IMG/VR virus record: IMGVR_UViG_3300045988_012220 | Location: 1 to 64,000 of that record | Origin: a virus | Direction: 5' to 3' (one strand) | Length of the DNA stretch: 64,000 nt | Shown here: one piece after another, positions 9,401 to 16,120 of the stretch | Numbering within the stretch: the stretch's first letter is position 1 | Layout of the letters: the number at the start of each line of letters is the position of its first letter | Translations under genes and position numbers: made by a program | Notes under the pieces: generated by a model | The model's input: the letters and a program-made list of their open reading frames with translations, nothing else | Told to the model about the DNA's origin: nothing | Databases searched by the model: none

Positions 9401-9796
9401 TCAACTTGTGTCGAATATAAAGTTCGTTTTTAACCAATCTTGTGGAGGCTTAGTGAGCACTTTAATATGCCCATCTTCACCCAAGTTAAGCGCAGCGACA
9501 GTATCTACTACAACTGTATCCTTACCTGCTGGTTTTGTCTCATCACATGTACCGGCGCCCTCTGAGGGTTCCAAAGCCTGAAGTGAGCACGTCGGTGCCA
9601 GCATGGGAGTTGCAGAAGATTTAACTGTGCTGGCTTCACTTTTATGGTCAACAAAGGCACTGTTGACCATGCTCTTACCAGTAAAACCAAGCAAGAGGCT
9701 CACAAGAATGATCCAGAACAACTTGTTGCTCTTATTGTATCTTGCGAAACCAAGAGCGATAAAAATTGAGAGAATCAATAATAAAAGTGAAGTCAT
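9401..9796 (-). CDS. membrane protein immediately downstream of the sigma factor (anti-sigma candidate, speculative)
   Basis: ORF track, 131 aa. Two hydrophobic segments in the first 45 residues. A 4-nt gap separates it from 9801..10358. TGA stop. Confidence 0.65.
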   Translation of the reverse strand: MTSLLLLILSIFIALGFARYNKSNKLFWIILVSLLLGFTGKSMVNSAFVDHKSEASTVKSSATPMLAPTCSLQALEPSEGAGTCDETKPAGKDTVVVDTVAALNLGEDGHIKVLTKPPQDWLKTNFIFDTS

Positions 9797-9800
9797 TTTG

Positions 9801-10358
9801 TTAAACTTTTAAATTGTTTTTAATTTTCCTACGAGTGCGGCTTAACGCAGCTTTTATAGTGCCTGTAGGAGTTTTTAGCACTTTGCTAATTTCATCAACT
9901 GACAGATCCTCTACGTAAAACAAATTAAAAATCTTCTGTGTCTTTTTAGGGAGCTTTTCAAACTCCTTTAAAAGAAATTCATGTTCAAGAAGATTGACAA
10001 GATCTTCTTCTTCCGAAGAACTAGTTAATTCTACGGGTAGTCGGCCCATATCTTCTCCTAATTCCATAGATTTTTCCTTTATCTTTCGCAAATAATCTAT
10101 AGCCGTTCTATTAGCTATAATTCTCAGCCATCCGCCAAAAGACGAATAATCTGTGAATGTCGAGAGTTTCTGGTGAACCTTAAGAAATACAACATTTGTA
10201 AGATCTTTAGCTTCATCCATATCATTCACGTAATGAAAGAGTACGTTGTCAACGAACTCTTTATAACGGTTAAACAATTTATTAAACGCAAGCTCATTTC
10301 CCTTTTGAGCTTCTTTTATGGTCTCAATCTCAGATTGAGTGATACGCTGATGCTCCAT
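9801..10358 (-). CDS. RNA polymerase sigma factor, ECF (sigma-70 group 4) type
   Basis: Region 2-like FNKLFNRYKEFV...DLTNVVFLKV...FGGWLRIIANRTAIDYLRK and region 4.2-like LSVDEISKVLKTPTGTIKAALSRTRRKIK. 185 aa, typical ECF size. Confidence 0.85.
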   Translation of the reverse strand: MEHQRITQSEIETIKEAQKGNELAFNKLFNRYKEFVDNVLFHYVNDMDEAKDLTNVVFLKVHQKLSTFTDYSSFGGWLRIIANRTAIDYLRKIKEKSMELGEDMGRLPVELTSSSEEEDLVNLLEHEFLLKEFEKLPKKTQKIFNLFYVEDLSVDEISKVLKTPTGTIKAALSRTRRKIKNNLKV

Positions 10359-10387
10359 ATTGTGGAGTAGGGGAGATCTCTCTCACC

Positions 10388-10804
10388 CTACCCCTGATAA
10401 AACGGAAGATCATATACCATCTTTTGACGATATAATGACCAAACGTTGTTGACGAAATTGTTGAAGAGGATCAATTTTAGATCCTTTCCTCCGGTTTTAA
10501 TTTCTACTTTTTCAAGCAGACCGGAACCAATACGCATACGAGTTGTAAGCGTTTTAAGCTTTTTCGTATCGCCAAAGATTATGACTTTCATAATCCAATC
10601 TCCAACTCTACGCAAGTGCTCGTTACACGCATATTCATACAAACAATTTTCGTCTAGGCTATCTCCAGCACAGAATATGTGCGGCTCACAAACAAAGCCT
10701 TTTTTGAGGCGGTTGTGGAACCAGTTGATCACATTTTCTATACTTTCATCTTTGTAGCCTAACAGACTAGCTCTGTAAATTAGCATTTTAGGGAAATACT
10801 CCAT
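10388..10804 (-). CDS. hypothetical protein (terminates at TAG)
   Basis: ORF track, 138 aa. The stop codon is TAG (plus-strand cta at 10388-10390). Read-through would add 24 codons. Confidence 0.7.
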   Translation of the reverse strand: MEYFPKMLIYRASLLGYKDESIENVINWFHNRLKKGFVCEPHIFCAGDSLDENCLYEYACNEHLRRVGDWIMKVIIFGDTKKLKTLTTRMRIGSGLLEKVEIKTGGKDLKLILFNNFVNNVWSLYRQKMVYDLPFYQG

Positions 10805-10816
10805 TTTTTATTTTGT

Positions 10817-11338
10817 TTAATTAAATGTTTTCTTAATAAACTTAGAAAAATCTTCAAGATAATCATCCAAAAAACCTGCTTTTTCTGACAAAAAGTTGTC
10901 AAATAGTTTCATATTACCGCATTTGCACGATATTTGGTAATAGTTTTCCAGAAACTTATAATTATTCTGAAACCATACTACCCAACTATTAACCCATGTC
11001 CAAAATGCATATTCTCCAGCGTTGAAAGTCTTGTTAATACATTCTAAATTTATAGAGTCTGCAAAATTAAAATTCTGAGACCCCTCGTGTATTCCAAGAG
11101 CTTTTCTTATTGATGCATCCTTTTCATCTGTTCTAGGTTTTCCCCTTCCAGTATTGTAGATTGCAACATTCTCTTGATATACTCGGTCTATCCATCGCGT
11201 CTTAACGGCATACTTAATTCTTTCGTGTGGCTTTTTACCAATATTTGATAATCTACCAAATTCTGTACACCATTTAAATGCGAGGTTGACGACATAAGGA
11301 CATCTATCCTTTATCATCGCTTTGTATCCCTTTGTCAT
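10817..11338 (-). CDS. hypothetical protein
   Basis: ORF track, 173 aa, TAA stop. Confidence 0.7.
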   Translation of the reverse strand: MTKGYKAMIKDRCPYVVNLAFKWCTEFGRLSNIGKKPHERIKYAVKTRWIDRVYQENVAIYNTGRGKPRTDEKDASIRKALGIHEGSQNFNFADSINLECINKTFNAGEYAFWTWVNSWVVWFQNNYKFLENYYQISCKCGNMKLFDNFLSEKAGFLDDYLEDFSKFIKKTFN

Positions 11339-11347
11339 AACTAATAG

Positions 11348-11406
11348 GAAGAAGCTGGGGAATCGAACCCCAGACCCAAACCAAAAGGCGACGGTACCAA
11401 CTTCTT
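11348..11406 (-). ncRNA. tRNA-like element: 7-bp acceptor stem plus canonical T arm, with a 27-nt linker instead of D and anticodon arms
   Basis: Minus strand AAGAAGT-(TGGTACCGTCGCCTTTTGGTTTGGGTC)-TGGGG-TTCGATT-CCCCA-GCTTCTT-C. Too short (58 nt) for a cloverleaf. Confidence 0.45.
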
Positions 11407-11559
11407 TCTTCTCTCCACTTAGGTAGGAACCACCTAGACTAAACTTACGCTACGCAAGTATAGTCTACAATGTTATTTACATTGTCGTTTAATTTATAGT
11501 ATAGTGCTTAATGTATTTATCTCCTCTGTCTGTCAAAACCAAACACGCCCGTGTAGGCA

Positions 11560-11663
11560 GTTTTACAACATGCCTAGGTTGCCCACGGTCTATTCGCGAA
11601 CGAATCCGTGCTCTGGGATACGTCAACATAGATAGTTTTACAACATATCCAGGTTGCCAAAAC
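11560..11663. repeat. two copies of a hairpin with conserved 11-nt loop GTTTTACAACA followed by AGGTTGCC
   Basis: GGCA-GTTTTACAACA-TGCC-TAGGTTGCC (about 11566-11585) and GATA-GTTTTACAACA-TATC-CAGGTTGCC (about 11632-11658). The stems co-vary. A third loop-like copy lies at 5960-5970. Confidence 0.5.
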
Positions 11664-11690
11664 GAAATCTAAGCGTAGTGGGGAGGAACG

Positions 11691-11719
11691 TGGACGTGAG
11701 CGGAGTCGAACCGCTGTCC
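11691..11719 (-). ncRNA. T-arm minihelix (tRNA 3-prime-half-like)
   Basis: Minus strand GGAC-AGCGG-TTCGACT-CCGCT-CAC-GTCC-A. I found no matching 5-prime acceptor, D or anticodon arms upstream. Confidence 0.4.
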
Positions 11720-11903
11720 AAACAGATTGTTTCATACACACTGTACATTCTTTGTAAATGTTCCGATGATCAGTCAGAACATTCGATTTAAGCCACTTTA
11801 GAGTCGTTCTAAGGCGCTTTCAGCAGCATCGCGGTTAATTACTCCACTTATCTCCTACGGCGCCTCAGAACGCATTAAAACATGGCTAAAAATATATAGG
11901 AAT

Positions 11904-11929
11904 CCTCATGATACGAAGATACTTAGAGG
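11904..11929. repeat. conserved-loop hairpin, family 1, copy 1
   Basis: CCTC(A)-TGATACGAAGATACT-T(A)GAGG. Confidence 0.55.
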
Positions 11930-12075
11930 GCTATATTCAGCATTTTTGATATATTTTGCAGGGTTCTGGTAAATACTTCTCTTCTTTATCTAAGTCTCCC
12001 CGATACAACGATACGCACAAAACATATTGTTTGATCTACTGTCCCAATTTACTGTGTGGGTTCACATCTCTTCCT

Positions 12076-12104
12076 CTCATCGTGATACGAAGATACTTGA
12101 TGAG
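12076..12104. repeat. conserved-loop hairpin, family 1, copy 2
   Basis: CTCATCG-TGATACGAAGATACT-TGATGAG, 7-bp stem including a G.T pair. Confidence 0.6.
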
Positions 12105-12177
12105 AATGTTAATTCATTCTAAGATTCTTTCACTGCCTCGCCTAAATCAGGGCCTCCTGTAGTACCTGGGAATCTAT

Positions 12178-12202
12178 GTACGTGATACGAAGATACTTGT
12201 AC
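12178..12202. repeat. conserved-loop hairpin, family 1, copy 3
   Basis: GTACG-TGATACGAAGATACT-TGTAC. Lies 12 nt beyond the stop of 12214..12708. Confidence 0.55.
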
Positions 12203-12213
12203 CAGAAGAAGAA

Positions 12214-12708
12214 TTAGAAACGATCGAACTGATAGTTGGCATAATACCAGCTGTTCGGATACTTGGTGCGCAACTCACTGTCGTGCTTCTCGTATTCGTT
12301 GTTCAGATCGGTCATCTGCTTACGCTGATCCTCATCGATCTTCTTCGAAAGATCGCGGAACATATTTGGCGTGATCTTCTGGTCGTCAGGAACGGCGGTA
12401 CCATTCTCGTCCTTGCCCAGAAGACGGGCCAACAGTTCTGTACGCTTCTTCAGAATATCGAGCGTGATCTTTGCCTTCGCACGGTCCTTACGGACATTGA
12501 GAAGCTCCTTAATACGGAGATAGTCAGCACACTTAACGATCTCTTTGACCTGGGAGATCTTACGCTTCTCCTCATCCTGGCGGATCTCTTCAGCCGCCTT
12601 GTCTGCGATGTCGGTTACGAGGTTACCCTTAACCAACTTCTCTACAACGTTGTCTACTGACGCATTCTGCTGCTCTTTAGCAGCACCCTTTGTTTCTGCT
12701 TTTGCCAT
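12214..12708 (-). CDS. hypothetical protein
   Basis: ORF track, 164 aa. Its conserved leader closely matches that of 7822..9333. Confidence 0.8.
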   Translation of the reverse strand: MAKAETKGAAKEQQNASVDNVVEKLVKGNLVTDIADKAAEEIRQDEEKRKISQVKEIVKCADYLRIKELLNVRKDRAKAKITLDILKKRTELLARLLGKDENGTAVPDDQKITPNMFRDLSKKIDEDQRKQMTDLNNEYEKHDSELRTKYPNSWYYANYQFDRF

Positions 12709-12741
12709 TTTGATAATGATTTAAAATGTTTGTAAATAAAA

Positions 12742-12975
12742 TTAATTAACATATGTTACTTCGCCTATGCTCCAAGACGGATTCTGAATGAGCTGAGCTC
12801 CTTCTGAATTTATTGTTATGTCGCATGGAGCCTTATGGGCGCAGTTAGCCAAATGAATAAGTGCGAATCTAGCCTTTTTGGCTTGACCCTCATCAGGATA
12901 CTTAGACTCGAATGCCAATGTCTTGACAATCTTGCCTTTCACCTTCTTAGTCGTATACACTGGAATCTTCCACAT
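12742..12975 (-). CDS. hypothetical protein
   Basis: ORF track, 77 aa, TAA stop. Confidence 0.6.
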   Translation of the reverse strand: MWKIPVYTTKKVKGKIVKTLAFESKYPDEGQAKKARFALIHLANCAHKAPCDITINSEGAQLIQNPSWSIGEVTYVN

Positions 12976-13087
12976 AATCGAGAGGATTTAATTTGTTATG
13001 AAACTTGTCACGCTTATAAGCCTTTGCTTTAGCTTCTGCATGACGTTGACGATACACTTTCTTTGTATTACGTTGTGTTCTACACAT
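12947..13087 (-). CDS. small basic protein (46 aa)
   Basis: Own translation: MCRTQRNTKKVYRQRHAEAKAKAYKRDKFHNKLNPLDYVEDSSVYD. Fills the gap between 12975 and 13090. Below the ORF-track size cut-off. Confidence 0.4.
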   Translation of the reverse strand: MCRTQRNTKKVYRQRHAEAKAKAYKRDKFHNKLNPLDYVEDSSVYD

Positions 13088-13089
13088 AG

Positions 13090-13509
13090 TTACATATTGT
13101 TTTGAACCGTTTTGAATACACAAACAACATCGGTAGAAATACCGTAAGAATCACGCATTCTCTTACTTACACCACAAGATATAACCTTGATAGCATTTGT
13201 AAGAGACTCGTTGTTAGGCTCGTCATTTACAGCCTCGACCAATGCAAGCATCAACTTCATTTTTGAGTTGAAGAACTTGCCAAACTTCTCTTTTACGTAG
13301 ATACACGCAGATTCTACGACAGACAATTCTGTAGCATTCTTGTTTTCTGCGTGACGGATAACAATGGAATTGACTTCAGTCTCATCCATTGTAGATGCAT
13401 GTACATCACCAACATCAGGTTTAGCGACCTTCAGCTGTGAAGCTATTGACATAACTTCAGATGGACTCAAACTCGAGCCTTCGTAAGAGATAATGATATA
13501 CCGCTTCAT
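13090..13509 (-). CDS. hypothetical protein
   Basis: ORF track, 139 aa. Confidence 0.7.
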   Translation of the reverse strand: MKRYIIISYEGSSLSPSEVMSIASQLKVAKPDVGDVHASTMDETEVNSIVIRHAENKNATELSVVESACIYVKEKFGKFFNSKMKLMLALVEAVNDEPNNESLTNAIKVISCGVSKRMRDSYGISTDVVCVFKTVQNNM

Positions 13510-13511
13510 AG

Positions 13512-14003
13512 CTAATCCTCCTTTGGCATTATGTTAGTACTGGAGGACTGCACAATCTGCACATGCTTACCATCAATAATGGTATCAATTGTTTCCGTGT
13601 TAGGAATGTCTGGCGGAGTCAAGATATTGTATTGGTCCGATTTGTCCGGCAGGTTCATATATACATGCTTGTTAACCTCAAACTCATGGGATATGCTTCC
13701 CTTAGTTATTGGTTCCCCAGACTTCGAAAGAACTGATACAACATCACGCATAACTTTTTCAGGTATGCTGAAGAATACAGAATCCTGATGTCTCCACTGG
13801 CCTTCTGTCTTCTGATATGTCAACGCATCAGAATAGTCGGCGAATGTAGGATTGTCAATTTCCTGCATCATCTTTGATACCATGAGCGAATCATCGTGTC
13901 TGATTTCGCTCTTTGTCTGCTTTACGTAGTCACATGATGACACCGTAGCAGCTACAATAAGCATGATTAAGCACATGCTAAGCTTTTCAAATAATCTCTT
14001 CAT
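13512..14003 (-). CDS. putative lipoprotein (terminates at TAG)
   Basis: ORF track, 163 aa. Signal plus lipobox-like MLIVAATVSSC. The stop is TAG (cta at 13512-13514), followed two codons later by TGA. Confidence 0.7.
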   Translation of the reverse strand: MKRLFEKLSMCLIMLIVAATVSSCDYVKQTKSEIRHDDSLMVSKMMQEIDNPTFADYSDALTYQKTEGQWRHQDSVFFSIPEKVMRDVVSVLSKSGEPITKGSISHEFEVNKHVYMNLPDKSDQYNILTPPDIPNTETIDTIIDGKHVQIVQSSSTNIMPKED

Positions 14004-14074
14004 TTTGATAATTTATTAGAGATTTAACAAATGTTAACTATCCGGGTTTTAAAGATTCACGGAATCATCTATTG

Positions 14075-14147
14075 TGATACATATGGGACTCGAACCCATG
14101 ACCCATAGATTAAAAATCTATTGCTCTACCTACTGAGCTAATGTATC
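14075..14147 (-). tRNA. tRNA-Lys (anticodon UUU)
   Basis: GATACAT-TA-GCTC-AGTAGGTA-GAGC-A-ATAGA-TTTTTAA-TCTAT-GGGTC-ATGGG-TTCGAGT-CCCAT-ATGTATC-A. Fully canonical cloverleaf. Confidence 0.9.
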
Positions 14148-14150
14148 GAA

Positions 14151-14242
14151 TTAGGAGAGAATACTTGGACACCCTGGATTTTCGTGTCCCCACCACCAGC
14201 GACGTGAACACCAGAAAGAACACATCTCCTCTTTTCTCCTAA
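14151..14242 (-). ncRNA. about 92-nt structured RNA element A (closing stem plus two hairpins), homologous in architecture to 14785..14879
   Basis: Closing stem TTAGGAGA/TCTCCTAA. Minus-strand hairpins GATGTG..CACGTC and GGACAC-GAAAATCCAGG-GTGTCC. G/T-rich spacer GCTGGTGGTGG. Confidence 0.4.
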
Positions 14243-14293
14243 TATTGTGGACCAGCTAGGGCTTGAACCTAGGACCTCCAGATTGTTTTATTA

Positions 14294-14692
14294 TTACCAA
14301 TTAGATTTTATGCCACCACATTTTCTAGAACAACAAGGATTAGGATGTGTATTTAAATTTCTTTTTTCATATAAGAATTTTCTTCCACAAACAGGACATG
14401 TTAATTCTACAAATTCTTTTCTAGTATGAGATTTGTGAATGTTGTTTCTCTTAGAAATTACTTGTAAATTTTCTATCCTATCATCCATTTTGTCTCCATT
14501 AATATGGTCGACTTCGTCTCCTTTTGCTACGTCACATTTATAATAACTTGTATAAAGATATTTTGCATAACTCATACTAGTATTATAATTTGTTTTATGT
14601 AAAGTAGCAACTCTTCTTGGCTCTTTATTTGTATTTATGTAAACGCAAATAAAGCCTTTCTTTTTGTAATAATCAGATATTGCTTTTTTCAT
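14294..14692 (-). CDS. HNH homing endonuclease
   Basis: ORF track, 132 aa. DEVDHINGDKMDDRIENLQVISKRNN is an HNH core, and the C-terminal CPVCG...CCSRKCG is a zinc-binding-like motif. Confidence 0.85.
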   Translation of the reverse strand: MKKAISDYYKKKGFICVYINTNKEPRRVATLHKTNYNTSMSYAKYLYTSYYKCDVAKGDEVDHINGDKMDDRIENLQVISKRNNIHKSHTRKEFVELTCPVCGRKFLYEKRNLNTHPNPCCSRKCGGIKSNW

Positions 14693-14694
14693 AG

Positions 14695-14739
14695 TGGCGG
14701 TAGTAGGAATTAAACCTACTATATATTAGTATTACCGCC
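14695..14739 (-). ncRNA. tRNA-like minihelix (7-bp acceptor stem plus T-arm-like hairpin, 13-nt linker)
   Basis: Minus strand GGCGGTA-ATACTAATATATA-GTAGG-TTTAATT-CCTAC-TACCGCC-A. Sits between the tRNA 5-prime half and the HNH start codon. Confidence 0.4.
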
Positions 14740-14784
14740 ATATAAACAATCTGTTGCTCTAACCAACTGAGCTACAAGTCCTGA

Positions 14785-14879
14785 TTGCATAGATAACTTG
14801 TAAGAAAGGAATTTTATCTTACCGCCCAACACCTGCATTTTGGTACCCATGTCCAAAACGACTTAACCTCTCTATGCAA
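14785..14879 (-). ncRNA. about 95-nt structured RNA element B (paralog of element A)
   Basis: Closing stem TTGCATAGA/TCTATGCAA. Minus-strand hairpins CGTTTTGG-ACATGGGTA-CCAAAATG and GTAAGA-TAAAATTCCTT-TCTTAC. Spacer CAGGTGTTGGGCG. Confidence 0.4.
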
Positions 14880-14984
14880 TTGTGATTTTATGCAGACTCG
14901 AACTGCTATGTAGGCCTAAACAAACTTTAGTTTGCTCTCCTAATAAATCTCGGGGACAGTATAAACTGCCCCCTTGAAATGCAA

Positions 14985-15209
14985 CTAATCATATTTTTCT
15001 TCTTCTTCGTCTATTATATCTTGCCATGTAAAATAGAATAATAATAAACCAAAGATCAAAGCAATCACAAGCCATATCAGTACAAGCCCAAGTGTCAATA
15101 TGCTTATACTATGTTCTACATCACCACACGAATGTATAATATCGAGCAGCGGATAGAATGAAGCTATCATAATTATCAAGCTTCCACCTAAACTTACTAA
15201 TTTACCCAT
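14985..15209 (-). CDS. small membrane protein (terminates at TAG)
   Basis: ORF track frame. Start moved to the internal ATG at 15209, which overlaps the upstream stop as ATGGGTAA. The stop is TAG (cta at 14985-14987). Confidence 0.6.
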   Translation of the reverse strand: MGKLVSLGGSLIIMIASFYPLLDIIHSCGDVEHSISILTLGLVLIWLVIALIFGLLLFYFTWQDIIDEEEEKYD

Positions 15210-15474
15210 GATCAAACAATTGTTGAGTTCTACTAAAATCTGAATCATGCACAAAGTAGCTCTCTAGACTATTGCTAAGATATTCTTTTGCAGATCCAAT
15301 CTCATACTCACTTCGAGACAATATGCATACATCATCATTAAGAGCTTCATCAAACTCTAACAATGCAATGTTATTATCTCTGCACACTTTTTTGAGTTTT
15401 CTTACATCGCTATGAAAACGACGTAACTCAAGTTCAGATTCGGACATTTGTCCATTTCTTTTTCTTTTTGCCAT
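15202..15474 (-). CDS. hypothetical protein
   Basis: ORF track, 90 aa. Confidence 0.65.
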   Translation of the reverse strand: MAKRKRNGQMSESELELRRFHSDVRKLKKVCRDNNIALLEFDEALNDDVCILSRSEYEIGSAKEYLSNSLESYFVHDSDFSRTQQLFDHG

Positions 15475-15476
15475 AA

Positions 15477-15671
15477 TTAAGGACTAATAAAAATAATTCC
15501 GTCTTCAATGCAAGATGGTTGCTCTTTATCGTCCAGATTCTTTGAATCGCTTACCCTTGGACAAGAAAAAGGATTATTAAAGATACATCCTTTGCAGTTG
15601 TACTGACGTTTAGCCCTAACAATGACATTGTTTATTTTGTAAATCCTGCCAGGACTAAGTTTTTTACTCAT
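15477..15671 (-). CDS. small Cys-containing protein
   Basis: ORF track, 64 aa. CKGC...CP...C pattern. Confidence 0.55.
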   Translation of the reverse strand: MSKKLSPGRIYKINNVIVRAKRQYNCKGCIFNNPFSCPRVSDSKNLDDKEQPSCIEDGIIFISP

Positions 15672-16120
15672 AGTTCACCAATCAATTGTAGTTTATACAT
15701 TGGCTTTTTAACTGGAACGGTTTGATAACCTTTAATGGTTTCGCCAACTTTTCGTAGTACTCTAGATACTTCTCCAAGATGAAATGTTCTATGTATAGTT
15801 TCTCCGTTCTTAGCTAGAATGAAGCATACAAATTTTGTAGGATTTGCGTATAATTTATCATACACATATGATACTTCGTGATAGAACGAACCAACTCCTT
15901 TCGTAGCGTCAATTTTATTCATATCACTTTCCCCAACCATAATTTTTGTAGTTTCTAGCTTTTCCAGACTGCTTGACTTATATATACAACATTTTCCAGT
16001 TGATACATCTCTAACAGCTGTGCATTTACCGCCAGCTCCAGTGATTACCACCATCAAACCACCAACCATTGTTCCGCTTGGTAGAACTCGGCGAACTACA
16101 TCGTTCTTCTGAAACTTCAT
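15668..16120 (-). CDS. hypothetical protein
   Basis: ORF track, 150 aa. Its 4-nt overlaps with both neighbours suggest translational coupling. Confidence 0.7.
   Translation of the reverse strand: MKFQKNDVVRRVLPSGTMVGGLMVVITGAGGKCTAVRDVSTGKCCIYKSSSLEKLETTKIMVGESDMNKIDATKGVGSFYHEVSYVYDKLYANPTKFVCFILAKNGETIHRTFHLGEVSRVLRKVGETIKGYQTVPVKKPMYKLQLIGEL

Larger units (their letters stand above)
14248..14781 (-). pseudogene. tRNA gene split in the anticodon loop by a 461-nt HNH-containing insertion (intron or disruption; anticodon ambiguous GUU/GUC/GAC)
   Basis: 5-prime half 14781-14747: GGACTTG-TA-GCTC-AGTTGGTTA-GAGC-A-ACAGA-TTG... 3-prime half 14285-14248: ..CAA-TCTGG-AGGTC-CTAGG-TTCAAGC-CCTAG-CTGGTCC-A. 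The acceptor halves pair 6 of 7 and the anticodon stem 4 of 5. Confidence 0.5.

Noticed and set aside
11517-11822. 100-codon TAA/TGA-free minus-strand frame.
   Set aside because: The translation is Arg/Ser/Leu/Cys-rich (..RLRSRPRSSPLRLDFVLATWICC..). It runs straight through the T-arm minihelix and the conserved hairpins, so it looks like a chance open frame over structured RNA.
11690-11900. Possible tmRNA or intron-containing tRNA ending in the T arm at 11691-11719.
   Set aside because: The 3-prime strand CACGTCC has no 5-prime partner (GGACGTG-like) within 250 nt upstream on the minus strand. I could find no D arm, anticodon arm or tmRNA tag-ORF/pseudoknot features. It is kept only as a minihelix.
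14898-14960. Possible second CUA-type tRNA on the minus strand (..GCAAACTAAAGTTTG.. next to a GCAG-TTCGAGT-CTGC T-arm-like hairpin).
   Set aside because: The natural fold is CAAAC-TAAA-GTTTG with a 4-nt loop. The T stem has only 4 bp, the acceptor pairs at only 5 of 7 positions, and there is no room for a D arm. It is more likely another degenerate tRNA-like fragment.
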